Assembly (NCBI GenBank): GCA_947631585.1
Contig: CANRLY010000001.1
Coordinates: 1-49,132 of the forward strand
From: an uncultured Clostridia bacterium
GTDB lineage: Bacteria; Bacillota; Clostridia; Oscillospirales; Ruminococcaceae
Reading direction: 5' to 3'
Length of the DNA: 49,132 bases
The notes below the pieces were generated by a model. That model made no database searches, was not told where the DNA came from, and was given only the letters and a program-made list of their open reading frames with translations. The number at the start of each line of letters is the position of its first letter. Within the stretch, counting starts at the first letter, position 1. The position numbers and the translations under genes were made by a program. Positions 27,140 through 36,082 of this stretch are shown here, piece after piece.

Positions 27140-27904
27140 TTACAAATTGAACAGCTGCCGAGTATTTTCGGCGCAAAGTTCGATCATCTGGTCTGCTGAA
27201 AAGCCTTTTATTTCGCCCATTTTTTCGGCGGTGTGGACTATCATTCTGCTGTCGCAGCGAGAACCTCTCAGCGGTTCGGGAGACATATACGGGCAGTCGG
27301 TCTCCAGCAAAAGGCGTTCGGCAGGCACGGCGGCGCAGGCTTTGACGGCTTTTTTGGCGTTTTTAAAAGTCAGCGCACCGGTAAAGGAGATATAAAGCCC
27401 CAGTTTCACCGCCTGCAAAGCGGTCTCAGCCGAGCCGGAGAAGCAATGGAGCACACCTTTCGGCTTGTGTTTTTCCAGCAGAGCCATACCGTCCTCGGTG
27501 GCGTTTCTCAGGTGGACTATCACCGGCAGCCTGTGTTTGTTTGCCGCAGCAAGCTGCATTTCAAACATTTCCAGCTGTTTTTCACGGTCGAAGCCCTCGT
27601 AATGGTAGTCAAGCCCTATCTCCCCCACGGCAACTATTTTTCCCTGTCGGGAAAGGAGCTGTTCCAGAGTCTTTTCCGGGTCGGGGGGAAGTCTATCCAG
27701 CTCTTCCGGGTGAAATCCCACTGCGGTGTAGAAATTATCCCACCTCAGCGAGTTTTCTATGCCAAACAGCGAGGACTTCTCATCTGTCGCCGCATGAATG
27801 ACCGCCCTCACCGAACTGAGGACTTCCGTCAGCACCTGTTCTCTGTCCCCGTCGAAAGCCTTGTCGTCATAGTGGCAGTGGGAATCTATTATCCGGGAAA
27901 GCAT
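27140..27904 (-). CDS. TatD family metal-dependent hydrolase/DNase
   Basis: IDSHCHYD at the N-terminus, then GEIGLDYHY, PVIVHLR, GVLHCFSG, ETDCPYM: canonical TatD motif set. Confidence 0.92.
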   Translation of the reverse strand: MLSRIIDSHCHYDDKAFDGDREQVLTEVLSSVRAVIHAATDEKSSLFGIENSLRWDNFYTAVGFHPEELDRLPPDPEKTLEQLLSRQGKIVAVGEIGLDYHYEGFDREKQLEMFEMQLAAANKHRLPVIVHLRNATEDGMALLEKHKPKGVLHCFSGSAETALQAVKLGLYISFTGALTFKNAKKAVKACAAVPAERLLLETDCPYMSPEPLRGSRCDSRMIVHTAEKMGEIKGFSADQMIELCAENTRQLFNL

Positions 27905-29185
27905 TTACTTTATGACGTCCTTTCCGCCCATATACATTCTGAGCGCCTGGGGTATCCTTACGCTTCCGTCGGCGTTAAGGTTGTTTTCAAGAAAAGCTAT
28001 CAACATTCTGGGAGGGGCGACAACGGTGTTGTTAAGGGTATGGGCAAGGTATTTTTTGCCGTCTGCGCCTTTGACCCTGATACCCAGCCGCCTTGCCTGA
28101 GCGTCTCCCAGGTTGGAGCATGAGCCTACCTCGAAGTATTTTTTCTGTCTTGGCGACCATGCCTCCACGTCCACGCTCTTGACTTTCAGGTCGGCCAGGT
28201 CGCCGGAGCAGCACTCCAGCGTTCTCACCGGGATATCCAGCGTGCGGAAGAAGTCCACGGTGTTGTTCCACAGCTTATTGAACCAGTCCATGCTGTCCTC
28301 CGGCTTGCAGACGACTATCATTTCCTGCTTTTCAAACTGGTGTATGCGGTAAACTCCTCTTTCCTCGATGCCGTGTGCGCCCACTTCCTTTCTGAAGCAG
28401 GGGCTGTAGCTGGTGAGAGCCTTTGGCAGTTCGGCTTCAGGGATAATGGTGTCGATGAATTTTCCTATCATGGAGTGTTCGGAAGTTCCGATAAGATAAA
28501 GGTCCTCCCCTTCTATCTTGTACATCATGCCTTCCATTTCGGCAAAGCTCATAACGCCGGTGACTACTTCCGACCGTATCATATACGGAGGGATATAGTA
28601 AGTGAAGCCCCTGTCTATCATAAAGTCACGGGCGTAAGAGAGGATAGCGCTGTGAAGTCTGGCGATATCGCCGCAAAGGTAGTAGAATCCGTTTCCGGAG
28701 GTCTTTCTTGCGCTGTCGATATCTATGCCGTGGAGGTTTTCCATTATATCAACGTGGTAAGGCACTTCAAACTCAGGAACAAACGGCTCTCCGAATCTTT
28801 CCCTTTCCACGTTCTCGCTGTCGTCCTTTCCTATGGGGACGGACTCGTCTATGATATTGGGAATGACCATCATGATCTTTTTTATCTCGGCTTCCAGTTC
28901 GGTCTCGGAGACTTCCAGCCTGTCAAGTTCGGCGTTTATCTCAGCCACCTGTTCTTTGACCTGCATAGCCTCATCTTTCTTTCCCTGCCCCATCAGAGCG
29001 CCTATCTGCTTGGAGATAACGTTCCTCTGGTTCCTCAGCTCGTCGCAGTGAGTCTTGGTCTCACGGTATTTAGTGTCAAGCTCGATGACCTGGTCTACCA
29101 GCGGCAGTTTTTCCTCCTGAAATTTCTTCCTGATATTTTCCTTTACGGTCTCAGGTTCAGTTCTTAAAAATTTGATATCCAGCAT
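27905..29185 (-). CDS. serS: Serine--tRNA ligase
   Basis: MLDIKFLR N-terminus with a coiled-coil arm. Class II motifs FRKEVGAHG..RGVYRIHQFEKQE and GSCSNLGDAQARR, with TLNNTVVAPPR near the C-terminus. Confidence 0.95.
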   Translation of the reverse strand: MLDIKFLRTEPETVKENIRKKFQEEKLPLVDQVIELDTKYRETKTHCDELRNQRNVISKQIGALMGQGKKDEAMQVKEQVAEINAELDRLEVSETELEAEIKKIMMVIPNIIDESVPIGKDDSENVERERFGEPFVPEFEVPYHVDIMENLHGIDIDSARKTSGNGFYYLCGDIARLHSAILSYARDFMIDRGFTYYIPPYMIRSEVVTGVMSFAEMEGMMYKIEGEDLYLIGTSEHSMIGKFIDTIIPEAELPKALTSYSPCFRKEVGAHGIEERGVYRIHQFEKQEMIVVCKPEDSMDWFNKLWNNTVDFFRTLDIPVRTLECCSGDLADLKVKSVDVEAWSPRQKKYFEVGSCSNLGDAQARRLGIRVKGADGKKYLAHTLNNTVVAPPRMLIAFLENNLNADGSVRIPQALRMYMGGKDVIK

Positions 29186-29223
29186 AAATATCTTCCTTTC
29201 AGATAAACAGTTACTTGATCTAC

Positions 29224-30000
29224 TTAGTTCTTTTTTTTGCGGACACGCTTGTCCAGTTCTTCCGCCAGTTCCTGGTAAGCCTTTGCGCCCTTGGCTTTCT
29301 TGTCGTAGTAAAGCGCCGGTTCGCCGAAGCTTGGGGCTTCCGCCAGAGAGATATTCCTGGGTATCACCGTGCGGAAGGTCTTTCCCGGAAAGTATTTTTT
29401 AACTTCCTCCACCACCATTTCGGTCAGGTTGTACCGGGAGTTATACATGGTGAAGAGTATCCCCTCTATTTCCAGACGAGGGTTGTAGTTGGCTTTTATC
29501 TTTTTAATAGTATCGTCTATCTCCACCAGCCCCTCCAGCGAAAGAAATTCGCACAAGATGGGGATTATCACCGAATCCGCCGCCGCAAGGGCGTTGATGT
29601 TCAGCAGGTTCAGTGTAGGGGGACAGTCCACCAGTATGTAGTCGTAATCTTCCTTTACTGTCAGCAGCTGCATTCTCAGCCTTGAGGAACGGTTTTCCAT
29701 GTCGGCTATCTCATGCTCTGCGCCTGAGAGCTTCTGAGAGGTCGGCACCAGCGACACTCCCCTGAAATCGGTGGCGACGATGGCTTCCACCAGTCTGCAC
29801 TGACCTATGACCGCCTCATAGCTGGTGTTTCTGATGCTTTTCTTTCTTATTCCGAAACTGGTGGTCGTGTTGCCCTGCGGGTCGAAGTCCACCACCAGCA
29901 CTTTTCTTCCCCGATCGCCCAGGGAAGCGGCTAAGTTCACGGCGGTGGTGGTCTTGCCCACGCCGCCTTTCTGGTTGGATACCGCTATTATTTTTCCCAT
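29224..30000 (-). CDS. ParA/Soj family ATPase (no adjacent parB)
   Basis: Deviant Walker A KGGVGKTTTAVNLA. The start is set at the ATG at 30000 (MGKIIAVSNQKGG) with a GGAGA SD. The track ORF from 30066 adds 22 unsupported residues. Confidence 0.9.
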   Translation of the reverse strand: MGKIIAVSNQKGGVGKTTTAVNLAASLGDRGRKVLVVDFDPQGNTTTSFGIRKKSIRNTSYEAVIGQCRLVEAIVATDFRGVSLVPTSQKLSGAEHEIADMENRSSRLRMQLLTVKEDYDYILVDCPPTLNLLNINALAAADSVIIPILCEFLSLEGLVEIDDTIKKIKANYNPRLEIEGILFTMYNSRYNLTEMVVEEVKKYFPGKTFRTVIPRNISLAEAPSFGEPALYYDKKAKGAKAYQELAEELDKRVRKKKN

Positions 30001-30193
30001 ATTATTTCTCCGTGATATATGATGGTCTGCGCAGTTAAGGCAGCGAATTTGCAATTTTAAAAGCATGCCAAATCATGCCGTCAGGGCGCATGAGACTATT
30101 ATAACATAGTATTTTCCAAACTTCAAGTACAATATTTGTTTCAGGAAGGAGGAAAATTAACAAAAAATTCGCAAATTAATTTTGGAAAACCCC

Positions 30194-30222
30194 TTGACAG
30201 GTCGGTTAGCATAGGGTAATAT
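30194..30222 (+). promoter_or_regulatory. Sigma-A type promoter of the feo operon
   Basis: TTGACA (30194-30199), a 17-nt spacer, then TAATAT (30217-30222). It is followed by the palindromes TAATATAATATTA and AGTTAG-TAAACG-CTAACT. Confidence 0.6.
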
Positions 30223-30281
30223 AATATTAGTTAGTAAACGCTAACTCCAAGACGAATGACTCAGGAAGCCAGGAGGAGAAT

Positions 30282-30494
30282 ATGATGCCGTTGATCTTTG
30301 CAAATGTGGGAGAAGAAAACATGATAAAAAAGGTCGGGGGGAATCCCGACACCAGGAAGTTTCTTGAAAGTCTCGGATTTGTGGCAGGGGCGTCGGTGAA
30401 AGTTATCTCTGAGACCGGCGGGAACGTTATAGTCAACGTCAAGGAGTCCAGGGTGGCTGTTTCCAAGGAAATGGCAAGCAAAATCATGATCTGA
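30282..30494 (+). CDS. feoA: FeoA family protein
   Basis: 70 aa with a small SH3-like FeoA pattern (VKKVGG..RKFLESLGFVAGASVKVIS..GGNVIV). The SD is AGGAGG. Confidence 0.85.
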   Translation: MMPLIFANVGEENMIKKVGGNPDTRKFLESLGFVAGASVKVISETGGNVIVNVKESRVAVSKEMASKIMI

Positions 30495-30539
30495 AGCCGG
30501 CAGGAGCAGCCGGACAGGTCGGAAAGGGAGGCTTTTAAA

Positions 30540-30761
30540 ATGGCAACGCTGAAAGACGTCAAGGTAGGCGAGACCGTCAAGGTGAAAAAGCTGGGCGGCG
30601 AAGGCGCAGTAAAGCGCAGGATAATGGACATGGGCATTACCAAGGGCGTGGAAGTTTACGTCAGGAAAGTAGCTCCGCTGGGGGATCCTATGGAGATAAC
30701 CATCAGGGGTTACGAGCTTTCTTTGAGAAAAGCGGACGCTGAAATGATCGAGGTCTGCTGA
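30540..30761 (+). CDS. feoA: FeoA family protein (second copy)
   Basis: 73 aa: LKDVKVGETVKVKKLGGEGAVKRRIMDMGITKGVEVYVRKVAPLGDPMEI. This is the classic FeoA consensus. Confidence 0.9.
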   Translation: MATLKDVKVGETVKVKKLGGEGAVKRRIMDMGITKGVEVYVRKVAPLGDPMEITIRGYELSLRKADAEMIEVC

Positions 30762-30857
30762 GGTTAATTTTTCAAAGCAGACCCGACTCAGCTCCGGTTT
30801 TATTTTGGCGGAAAGTTAGCCGCCGCTAACGAATTTTAGATGAAAGGAACGTTTTTT

Positions 30858-31604
30858 ATGGGCATAAAGATAGCTCTTGCCGGAAACCCCAATGCCGGCA
30901 AGACCACGCTGTTCAATGCGCTGACCGGTTCAAACCAGTTTGTGGGAAACTGGCCCGGGGTAACGGTGGAGAAGAAAGAGGGAAAATTAAAGGGAGACAA
31001 GGACGTGGTCATCACCGACCTGCCGGGAATTTATTCCCTTTCGCCTTACACGCTGGAAGAAGTGGTGGCAAGAAATTACCTTATCACCGAAAGACCGGAC
31101 GCCATACTGAACATTATCGACGGCACAAATCTGGAGAGGAATCTTTATCTGACTACTCAGCTGGTGGAACTGGGCATACCGGTGGTGGCTGCAATAAACA
31201 TGATGGACGTGGTCAGGAAGAACGGCGACAAGATAGACACTCAGCAGTTGGCAAAAGAGCTTGGTTGTCAGGTGGCGGAGATATCCGCTTTGAAAGGTAC
31301 GGGAGTTGAGGAAGCCGCAATGATGGCGGTCAAAGCGGCAAAGTCCAGCGAACCTGCCGTTCCAAACCACAGCTTCTGCGGCTGCGTAGAGCACGCTCTT
31401 GCGCACATAGAAGAGGCATTCCTGCACGACATACCCGAAGAGCAGCAGAGATGGTACGCCATCAAGATATTTGAAAGAGACGAAAAGGTGCTGGAGACCC
31501 TGAAGCTGCCGGAAGAGGTAAAGTCTCACATAGAAAAGGACATCTGCGCCGCTGAAAAGGAAATGGACGACGACGCAGAGAGCATTATCACCAACGAAAG
31601 GTAA
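30858..31604 (+). CDS. feoB: Ferrous iron transporter FeoB, N-terminal G-domain/helical fragment (gene interrupted)
   Basis: G1 GNPNAGKTTLFN, G2-G3 DLPGIYSL, G4 NMMD. The start is set at the ATG at 30858. The frame ends at TAA 31602-31604 right after ..ESIITNER. Confidence 0.85.
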   Translation: MGIKIALAGNPNAGKTTLFNALTGSNQFVGNWPGVTVEKKEGKLKGDKDVVITDLPGIYSLSPYTLEEVVARNYLITERPDAILNIIDGTNLERNLYLTTQLVELGIPVVAAINMMDVVRKNGDKIDTQQLAKELGCQVAEISALKGTGVEEAAMMAVKAAKSSEPAVPNHSFCGCVEHALAHIEEAFLHDIPEEQQRWYAIKIFERDEKVLETLKLPEEVKSHIEKDICAAEKEMDDDAESIITNER

Positions 31605-31704
31605 GGACTGTTACCGCAAGAAGAACAGAGGCGCTCTGACCGTTTCGGACAAGATAGACAAGATAGTCACCAACAGGATACTGGCTCTGCCTATATTTGC
31701 GGCG

Positions 31705-32979
31705 GTGATGTTCATAGTTTACTTTATTTCGGTGACTACCGTGGGAACTCTTGTCACCGACTGGACAAACGATGTGTTCGCCGGACAGTGGCTCCAGGGC
31801 GGAGCGGAAAAGCTACTTGACAAGATAGGCTGCGCTCCCTGGCTGGAAGGTCTTATCGTTGACGGAATAATCGGCGGCGTGGGAGCTGTGCTGGGATTCG
31901 TTCCGCAGATACTCATACTGTTCATATTCTTAGCGTTCCTGGAGGGCTGCGGCTACATGGCGAGGGTCGCCTTTGTAATGGACAGGATATTCAGAAAATT
32001 CGGGCTTTCAGGAAAGTCTTTCATACCTATGCTCATAGGCACGGGCTGCGGCGTTCCGGGAATAATGGCTTCCCGTACCATCGAAAACGAAAGAGACCGC
32101 CGCATGACCATCATGACCACCACATTTATCCCCTGCGGAGCTAAACTCCCGATAATAGCCATGATAGCCGGAGCGTTTTTCGGCAAGGCGTGGTGGGTAG
32201 CTCCCAGCGCATACTTTGTGGGAGTGGCTGCAATAATAGTTTCAGGCATAATCCTGAAAAAGACTAAGATCTTCGCAGGCGATCCGGCGCCTTTCGTTAT
32301 GGAGCTGCCGGCTTATCATATGCCCACAGTGGGAAGTATCCTCCGTTCCATGTGGGAAAGAGGCTGGTCCTTCATCAAAAAAGCCGGAACAATAATCCTC
32401 CTGTCGTCTGTAGTGCTGTGGTTCTTGCAGGGATACGGCTTCACAGACGGAAAGTTCGGGGCGGCAGACCTTAACGATTCGCTGCTGGCGTCATTCGGAA
32501 GGCTGTTCGCATGGCTGTTTGCGCCTCTCGGCTGGGGCGACTGGAAGTTTGCCGTGGGCGCAGTCACCGGACTTATCGCAAAGGAAAACGTGGTGGCTAC
32601 ATTCGGAATACTCATCAGCGGAATAGAAGAAGCTGCGGAGGACGACCCCACTCTTCTGGCAGACCTGGGAACTTTGATAGCTCCTCTTGCGGCTTACTCG
32701 TTTTTGATATTTAACCTGCTGTGCGCTCCCTGCTTTGCGGCAATGGGCGCTATCAAGAGAGAAATGAACAACGGCAAGTGGACAGCTTTTGCCATCGGAT
32801 ACCAGTGCCTGTTCGCTTATGCGGTATCGCTCATAGTTTATCAGATAGGTTCGGCTTTCACCGGAAACCTGAACGTTATCGGGCTGGTCGTTGCGCTGAT
32901 ACTGCTGGCGTTCATGATCTATATGCTGGTAAGACCCTATAAGGAAAGCGACAGGCTGGGCAAAAACGTCAAAGTGTGA
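31705..32979 (+). CDS. feoB: Ferrous iron transporter FeoB, membrane-domain fragment (different frame; frame open from 31534)
   Basis: Upstream of the track start, the +1 frame already reads ..DCYRKKNRGALTVSDKIDKIVTNRILALPIFAAV, a FeoB gate/TM1 motif. This is followed by the polytopic FeoB core (GCGVPGIMASRTIE, IPCGAKLP). Confidence 0.85.
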   Translation: MMFIVYFISVTTVGTLVTDWTNDVFAGQWLQGGAEKLLDKIGCAPWLEGLIVDGIIGGVGAVLGFVPQILILFIFLAFLEGCGYMARVAFVMDRIFRKFGLSGKSFIPMLIGTGCGVPGIMASRTIENERDRRMTIMTTTFIPCGAKLPIIAMIAGAFFGKAWWVAPSAYFVGVAAIIVSGIILKKTKIFAGDPAPFVMELPAYHMPTVGSILRSMWERGWSFIKKAGTIILLSSVVLWFLQGYGFTDGKFGAADLNDSLLASFGRLFAWLFAPLGWGDWKFAVGAVTGLIAKENVVATFGILISGIEEAAEDDPTLLADLGTLIAPLAAYSFLIFNLLCAPCFAAMGAIKREMNNGKWTAFAIGYQCLFAYAVSLIVYQIGSAFTGNLNVIGLVVALILLAFMIYMLVRPYKESDRLGKNVKV

Positions 32980-32993
32980 GAAAGGAGCGCAGT

Positions 32994-33194
32994 ATGGCTG
33001 CTTTTATTGCTGAAAATGCGGGAACTATAATAGTCGGGGCGCTGCTGGCGGTTATATTGGTAATTGCGGCGGCAAAGCTGGTAAAAGACAAGAAAAGCGG
33101 AAAGAGCAGCTGCGGCTGCGACTGCGGCTGCTGTCCCAACGCCGGACTTTGCGGTCACGGCGGTGCAGCAAGGCAAGACCCCTCAGACAAGTAA
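32994..33194 (+). CDS. FeoB-associated Cys-rich membrane protein
   Basis: 66 aa. ATG at 32994 with an AAAGGAG SD. One TM segment (IIVGALLAVILVIAAA) followed by CGCDCGCCPNAGLCGHG. Confidence 0.75.
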   Translation: MAAFIAENAGTIIVGALLAVILVIAAAKLVKDKKSGKSSCGCDCGCCPNAGLCGHGGAARQDPSDK

Positions 33195-33203
33195 AATTCC
33201 CCC

Positions 33204-33241
33204 AAAAGCCGTTCAGGTAAATAGCCTGGGCGGCTTTTTTT
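33204..33241 (+). terminator. Intrinsic terminator of the feo operon
   Basis: AAAAGCCGTTCAGG-(7 nt)-CCTGGGCGGCTTTT stem (with G-U pairs) followed by a T-run through 33241. Confidence 0.8.
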
Positions 33242-33263
33242 GTTTAAAAATGAAAGTTTGGCG

Positions 33264-33292
33264 TTGATTAAATCGGGGATATGTGGTATGAT
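33264..33292 (+). promoter_or_regulatory. Sigma-A type promoter of the two-component/VTC operon
   Basis: TTGATT (33264-33269), a 17-nt spacer ending in TGG, then TATGAT (33287-33292). Confidence 0.55.
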
Positions 33293-33397
33293 TTATGTAA
33301 TAGGAACTTTTCGCAAATTTGTTCATAAAAAATTAACTTTCATCTTTAGGCTCATTTAAGGAAACGGCTGTATCATAACAGCAAAGGAGGGATAGCC

Positions 33398-34075
33398 GTG
33401 AGACTGCTGCTTGCAGAGGACGAAAAGGAACTTTCACGGGCGTTGACGGCTATTTTCCGGCACAACAGCTACTCGGTGGACGCAGTTTTCAACGGCAGGG
33501 AGGCTTACGAGTACCTGCAAAGCGGCGTTTACGACGGCGTGGTGCTGGATATCATGATGCCTGAGATGGACGGTCTTACTGTTCTTAAAAAAATAAGGGA
33601 ACAGGGAAACAAAGTGCCGGTGCTGCTGCTCACCGCAAAAGCGGAGGTGGACGACAGGGTCACCGGGCTTGACTGCGGAGCGGACGACTACCTGACCAAG
33701 CCTTTTGCCGCAAAGGAGCTTCTGGCGAGGATAAGAGCGATGACCAGGCGTTCGGGAGAAAAGCTCTCAGACCCGGTACTGAAAGCGGCTGACTTGTCTC
33801 TGGACAGGAGCAGCTGCGAGGTCTTTACTGAAAAAGGCAGGCTTCGGCTGGCAAACAAGGAGTTCCAGATGCTGGAAATGCTCATGGCTGAAGCAGGCAG
33901 GGTGATACCTGCGGAGCGGTTTCTTGAAAAGGTGTGGGAATTTGACAGCGAGCCGGAGCAGAACGTGGTCTGGGTGTACATTTCCAACCTGAGAAAGAAG
34001 CTGGCGGCTGTGGGTTCAGAGGCGCAGATAAAGGCTTACAGGAATCTGGGGTATTCGCTGGAGGAAAAAGCATGA
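33398..34075 (+). CDS. OmpR/PhoB-family response regulator
   Basis: GTG start with an AAAGGAGG SD. The receiver domain has LLAEDE, VVLDIMMPEMDG and LLLTAK. The C-terminus is winged-helix (VWVYISNLRKKL, YRNLGYSL). Confidence 0.93.
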   Translation: MRLLLAEDEKELSRALTAIFRHNSYSVDAVFNGREAYEYLQSGVYDGVVLDIMMPEMDGLTVLKKIREQGNKVPVLLLTAKAEVDDRVTGLDCGADDYLTKPFAAKELLARIRAMTRRSGEKLSDPVLKAADLSLDRSSCEVFTEKGRLRLANKEFQMLEMLMAEAGRVIPAERFLEKVWEFDSEPEQNVVWVYISNLRKKLAAVGSEAQIKAYRNLGYSLEEKA

Positions 34076-35337
34076 TCGCAAAGCTGAGACGCAAGTTCAT
34101 AGCGGCGGCGATAAGTTCGGTGGCGCTGGTGCTTACGGTGATAATGGCGGTGATAAATACGGCGAATTACCGCAGCGTGGTAAAAAATTCCGATCGCCTG
34201 ATAGAGCTGATACAGGAAAACGGCGGCGACTTTCCGGCAGTTCCGGCAGAGGAAGAAAAGCTGCCGGAGAGAGATGGATTGTTTGGCAGAGGAGGCCGTG
34301 ACAAGCGGTTCTCAGGGGGTGAGTTATCCCCGGAAATGCCTTTCCAGACAAGGTATTTCACCGTTTCTTTCAAAGATGGGGAGACCCCTGCCGCAAACGT
34401 GGGCAGGATAGCCGCCGTCACAGAGGAGCAGGCGGTAGATTATGCAGAGCAGCTGTTTTCTGAGGGAAAGACCTCCGGGTTTTACGGGGATTACCGTTAC
34501 GGTCTCAGCAGCGGCGGAGAAACTTCCATGTATGTGTTCGTGGACTGCCGCAAGGAGCTGGAGACTTTCCGGGCGTTTTTAAAAGCCAGCGTGCTGGTGA
34601 GCGCAGGGGGTCTTGCTCTGGTGGCTGGGCTGGTGACGCTTATTTCAGGTCTGGTGCTGAGACCGGCGGCGGAGAGCGCAGCCAAGCAGAAGCGTTTTAT
34701 CACCGACGCCAGCCACGAGCTGAAAACTCCCCTTACCATTATAGAAGCCAACACGGAAGTGCTGGAGATGGAAAGCGGAGAGAACGAGTGGACGGAAAGC
34801 ATACGCAATCAGGTGAAAAGGCTGACTTCCATGACGGAAAAGCTGGTGTTTCTTTCAAGAATGGACGAGGAAAAGAAGCCTCAGAAAGAAAGGCTGGACT
34901 TTTCCTCACTGGCGCAGGAGACCGCCGACAGCTTCCGGGCGGTGGCTGAGTCAAAGGGGAAAAAGCTGGAGACCCATATAGAAAACGGGCTTTACGTCCG
35001 GGGGGACAGTCAGATGCTGATACAGCTCATTTCCCTGCTGCTTGACAACAGCGTTAAGTATTCGGACGAGGGGGGAAGCATTTCTCTCAGCCTGAAAAGC
35101 TCCGGCAGGAATCGGATACTCACGGTGGAAAACACCGTGGAGAGCATACGGCAGGGGAAGCTTGACGAGTTCTTTGAACGGTTCTACCGGGAGGACAGCT
35201 CCAGAAACTCCGCTGCCGGCGGCTGCGGCATAGGGCTTTCGGCGGCAAGGGAGATAGTTTCCGCCCACAAGGGGAAAATAACAGCTTTCAGCGATGACGG
35301 CAGGTCTGTGCGCATTACGGCTGTTCTGCCTGCGTGA
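34072..35337 (+). CDS. Sensor histidine kinase
   Basis: ATGA overlap with the regulator gene. Two TM segments flank a ~130-aa extracytoplasmic region. H-box FITDASHELKTPLT, N-box LLDNSVKYS, and G-boxes in the C-terminus. Confidence 0.92.
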   Translation: MIAKLRRKFIAAAISSVALVLTVIMAVINTANYRSVVKNSDRLIELIQENGGDFPAVPAEEEKLPERDGLFGRGGRDKRFSGGELSPEMPFQTRYFTVSFKDGETPAANVGRIAAVTEEQAVDYAEQLFSEGKTSGFYGDYRYGLSSGGETSMYVFVDCRKELETFRAFLKASVLVSAGGLALVAGLVTLISGLVLRPAAESAAKQKRFITDASHELKTPLTIIEANTEVLEMESGENEWTESIRNQVKRLTSMTEKLVFLSRMDEEKKPQKERLDFSSLAQETADSFRAVAESKGKKLETHIENGLYVRGDSQMLIQLISLLLDNSVKYSDEGGSISLSLKSSGRNRILTVENTVESIRQGKLDEFFERFYREDSSRNSAAGGCGIGLSAAREIVSAHKGKITAFSDDGRSVRITAVLPA

Positions 35338-35362
35338 AAGTTTTCAGGAAAAGAGGATAGAA

Positions 35363-36082
35363 ATGGTCAGTCAGAATGTTTTCAAAAGATATGAGCTGAA
35401 ATATCTCATATCCGAAGAGCAAAAGCGGCGGCTGCTGAAAAACGTCGGCGGCGGACTGGAGCTTGACAGCTACGGCAGGTCGCTGATATGCAGCGTTTAC
35501 TACGACACTCCCGACGACCGCCTGGTGAGGACTTCCATAGAAAGACCGGTATACAAGGAAAAGCTCCGGCTGAGGAGCTACGGTGTGGCAAAGCCTGACA
35601 GCATGGTGTTTGCAGAGCTTAAAAAGAAGTATCTGTCGGTGGTGTACAAGCGGCGGATAAGCGCAAAGCTCAGCCAGGCGGAACAGTATCTGGCAGGAGG
35701 TCAGAAGCCGGAAGATTCCCAGATAGCAAGGGAGATAGACAGGTTCATGGAGTTTTACCGGGAACTTGCGCCGGCTATGTACATTTCTTATGAGCGTGAA
35801 GCGTTCTTTTCGGAGGTTACACCCGATCTGAGGGTCACTTTTGACGACAACATTCTCTGGCGGACGGAAGAACTTTCCCTGAGCGTAAAGCCTTACGGCA
35901 CGCCGGTGCTTCCGCCGGGAAAGGTACTTATGGAGATCAAGACGGGAACGGCTATCCCTCTGTGGCTGGTAAAGCAGCTTTCGCAGATGGGAATATATAA
36001 AACGTCCTTTTCAAAATACGGCAGCGCTTACACGGCAAAGGCGGCAGCCCATCATTCAGGAGGTAAATGTTATGCTGGATAA
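35363..36082 (+). CDS. VTC-domain (triphosphate tunnel / polyphosphate-polymerase-like) protein
   Basis: The start is set at the ATG at 35363 with an AAGAGGA SD. The motifs FKRYELKYLI, YYDTPD, ERPVYKEKLRLRSYG, AELKKKY and LMEIKT are the alternating basic/acidic beta-strands typical of bacterial VTC/CYTH-like proteins. Confidence 0.8.
   Translation: MVSQNVFKRYELKYLISEEQKRRLLKNVGGGLELDSYGRSLICSVYYDTPDDRLVRTSIERPVYKEKLRLRSYGVAKPDSMVFAELKKKYLSVVYKRRISAKLSQAEQYLAGGQKPEDSQIAREIDRFMEFYRELAPAMYISYEREAFFSEVTPDLRVTFDDNILWRTEELSLSVKPYGTPVLPPGKVLMEIKTGTAIPLWLVKQLSQMGIYKTSFSKYGSAYTAKAAAHHSGGKCYAG

Noticed and set aside
29186-29223. T-box leader upstream of serS
   Set aside because: Only 38 nt separate serS from the parA stop. 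There is no specifier or antiterminator structure and no room for one.
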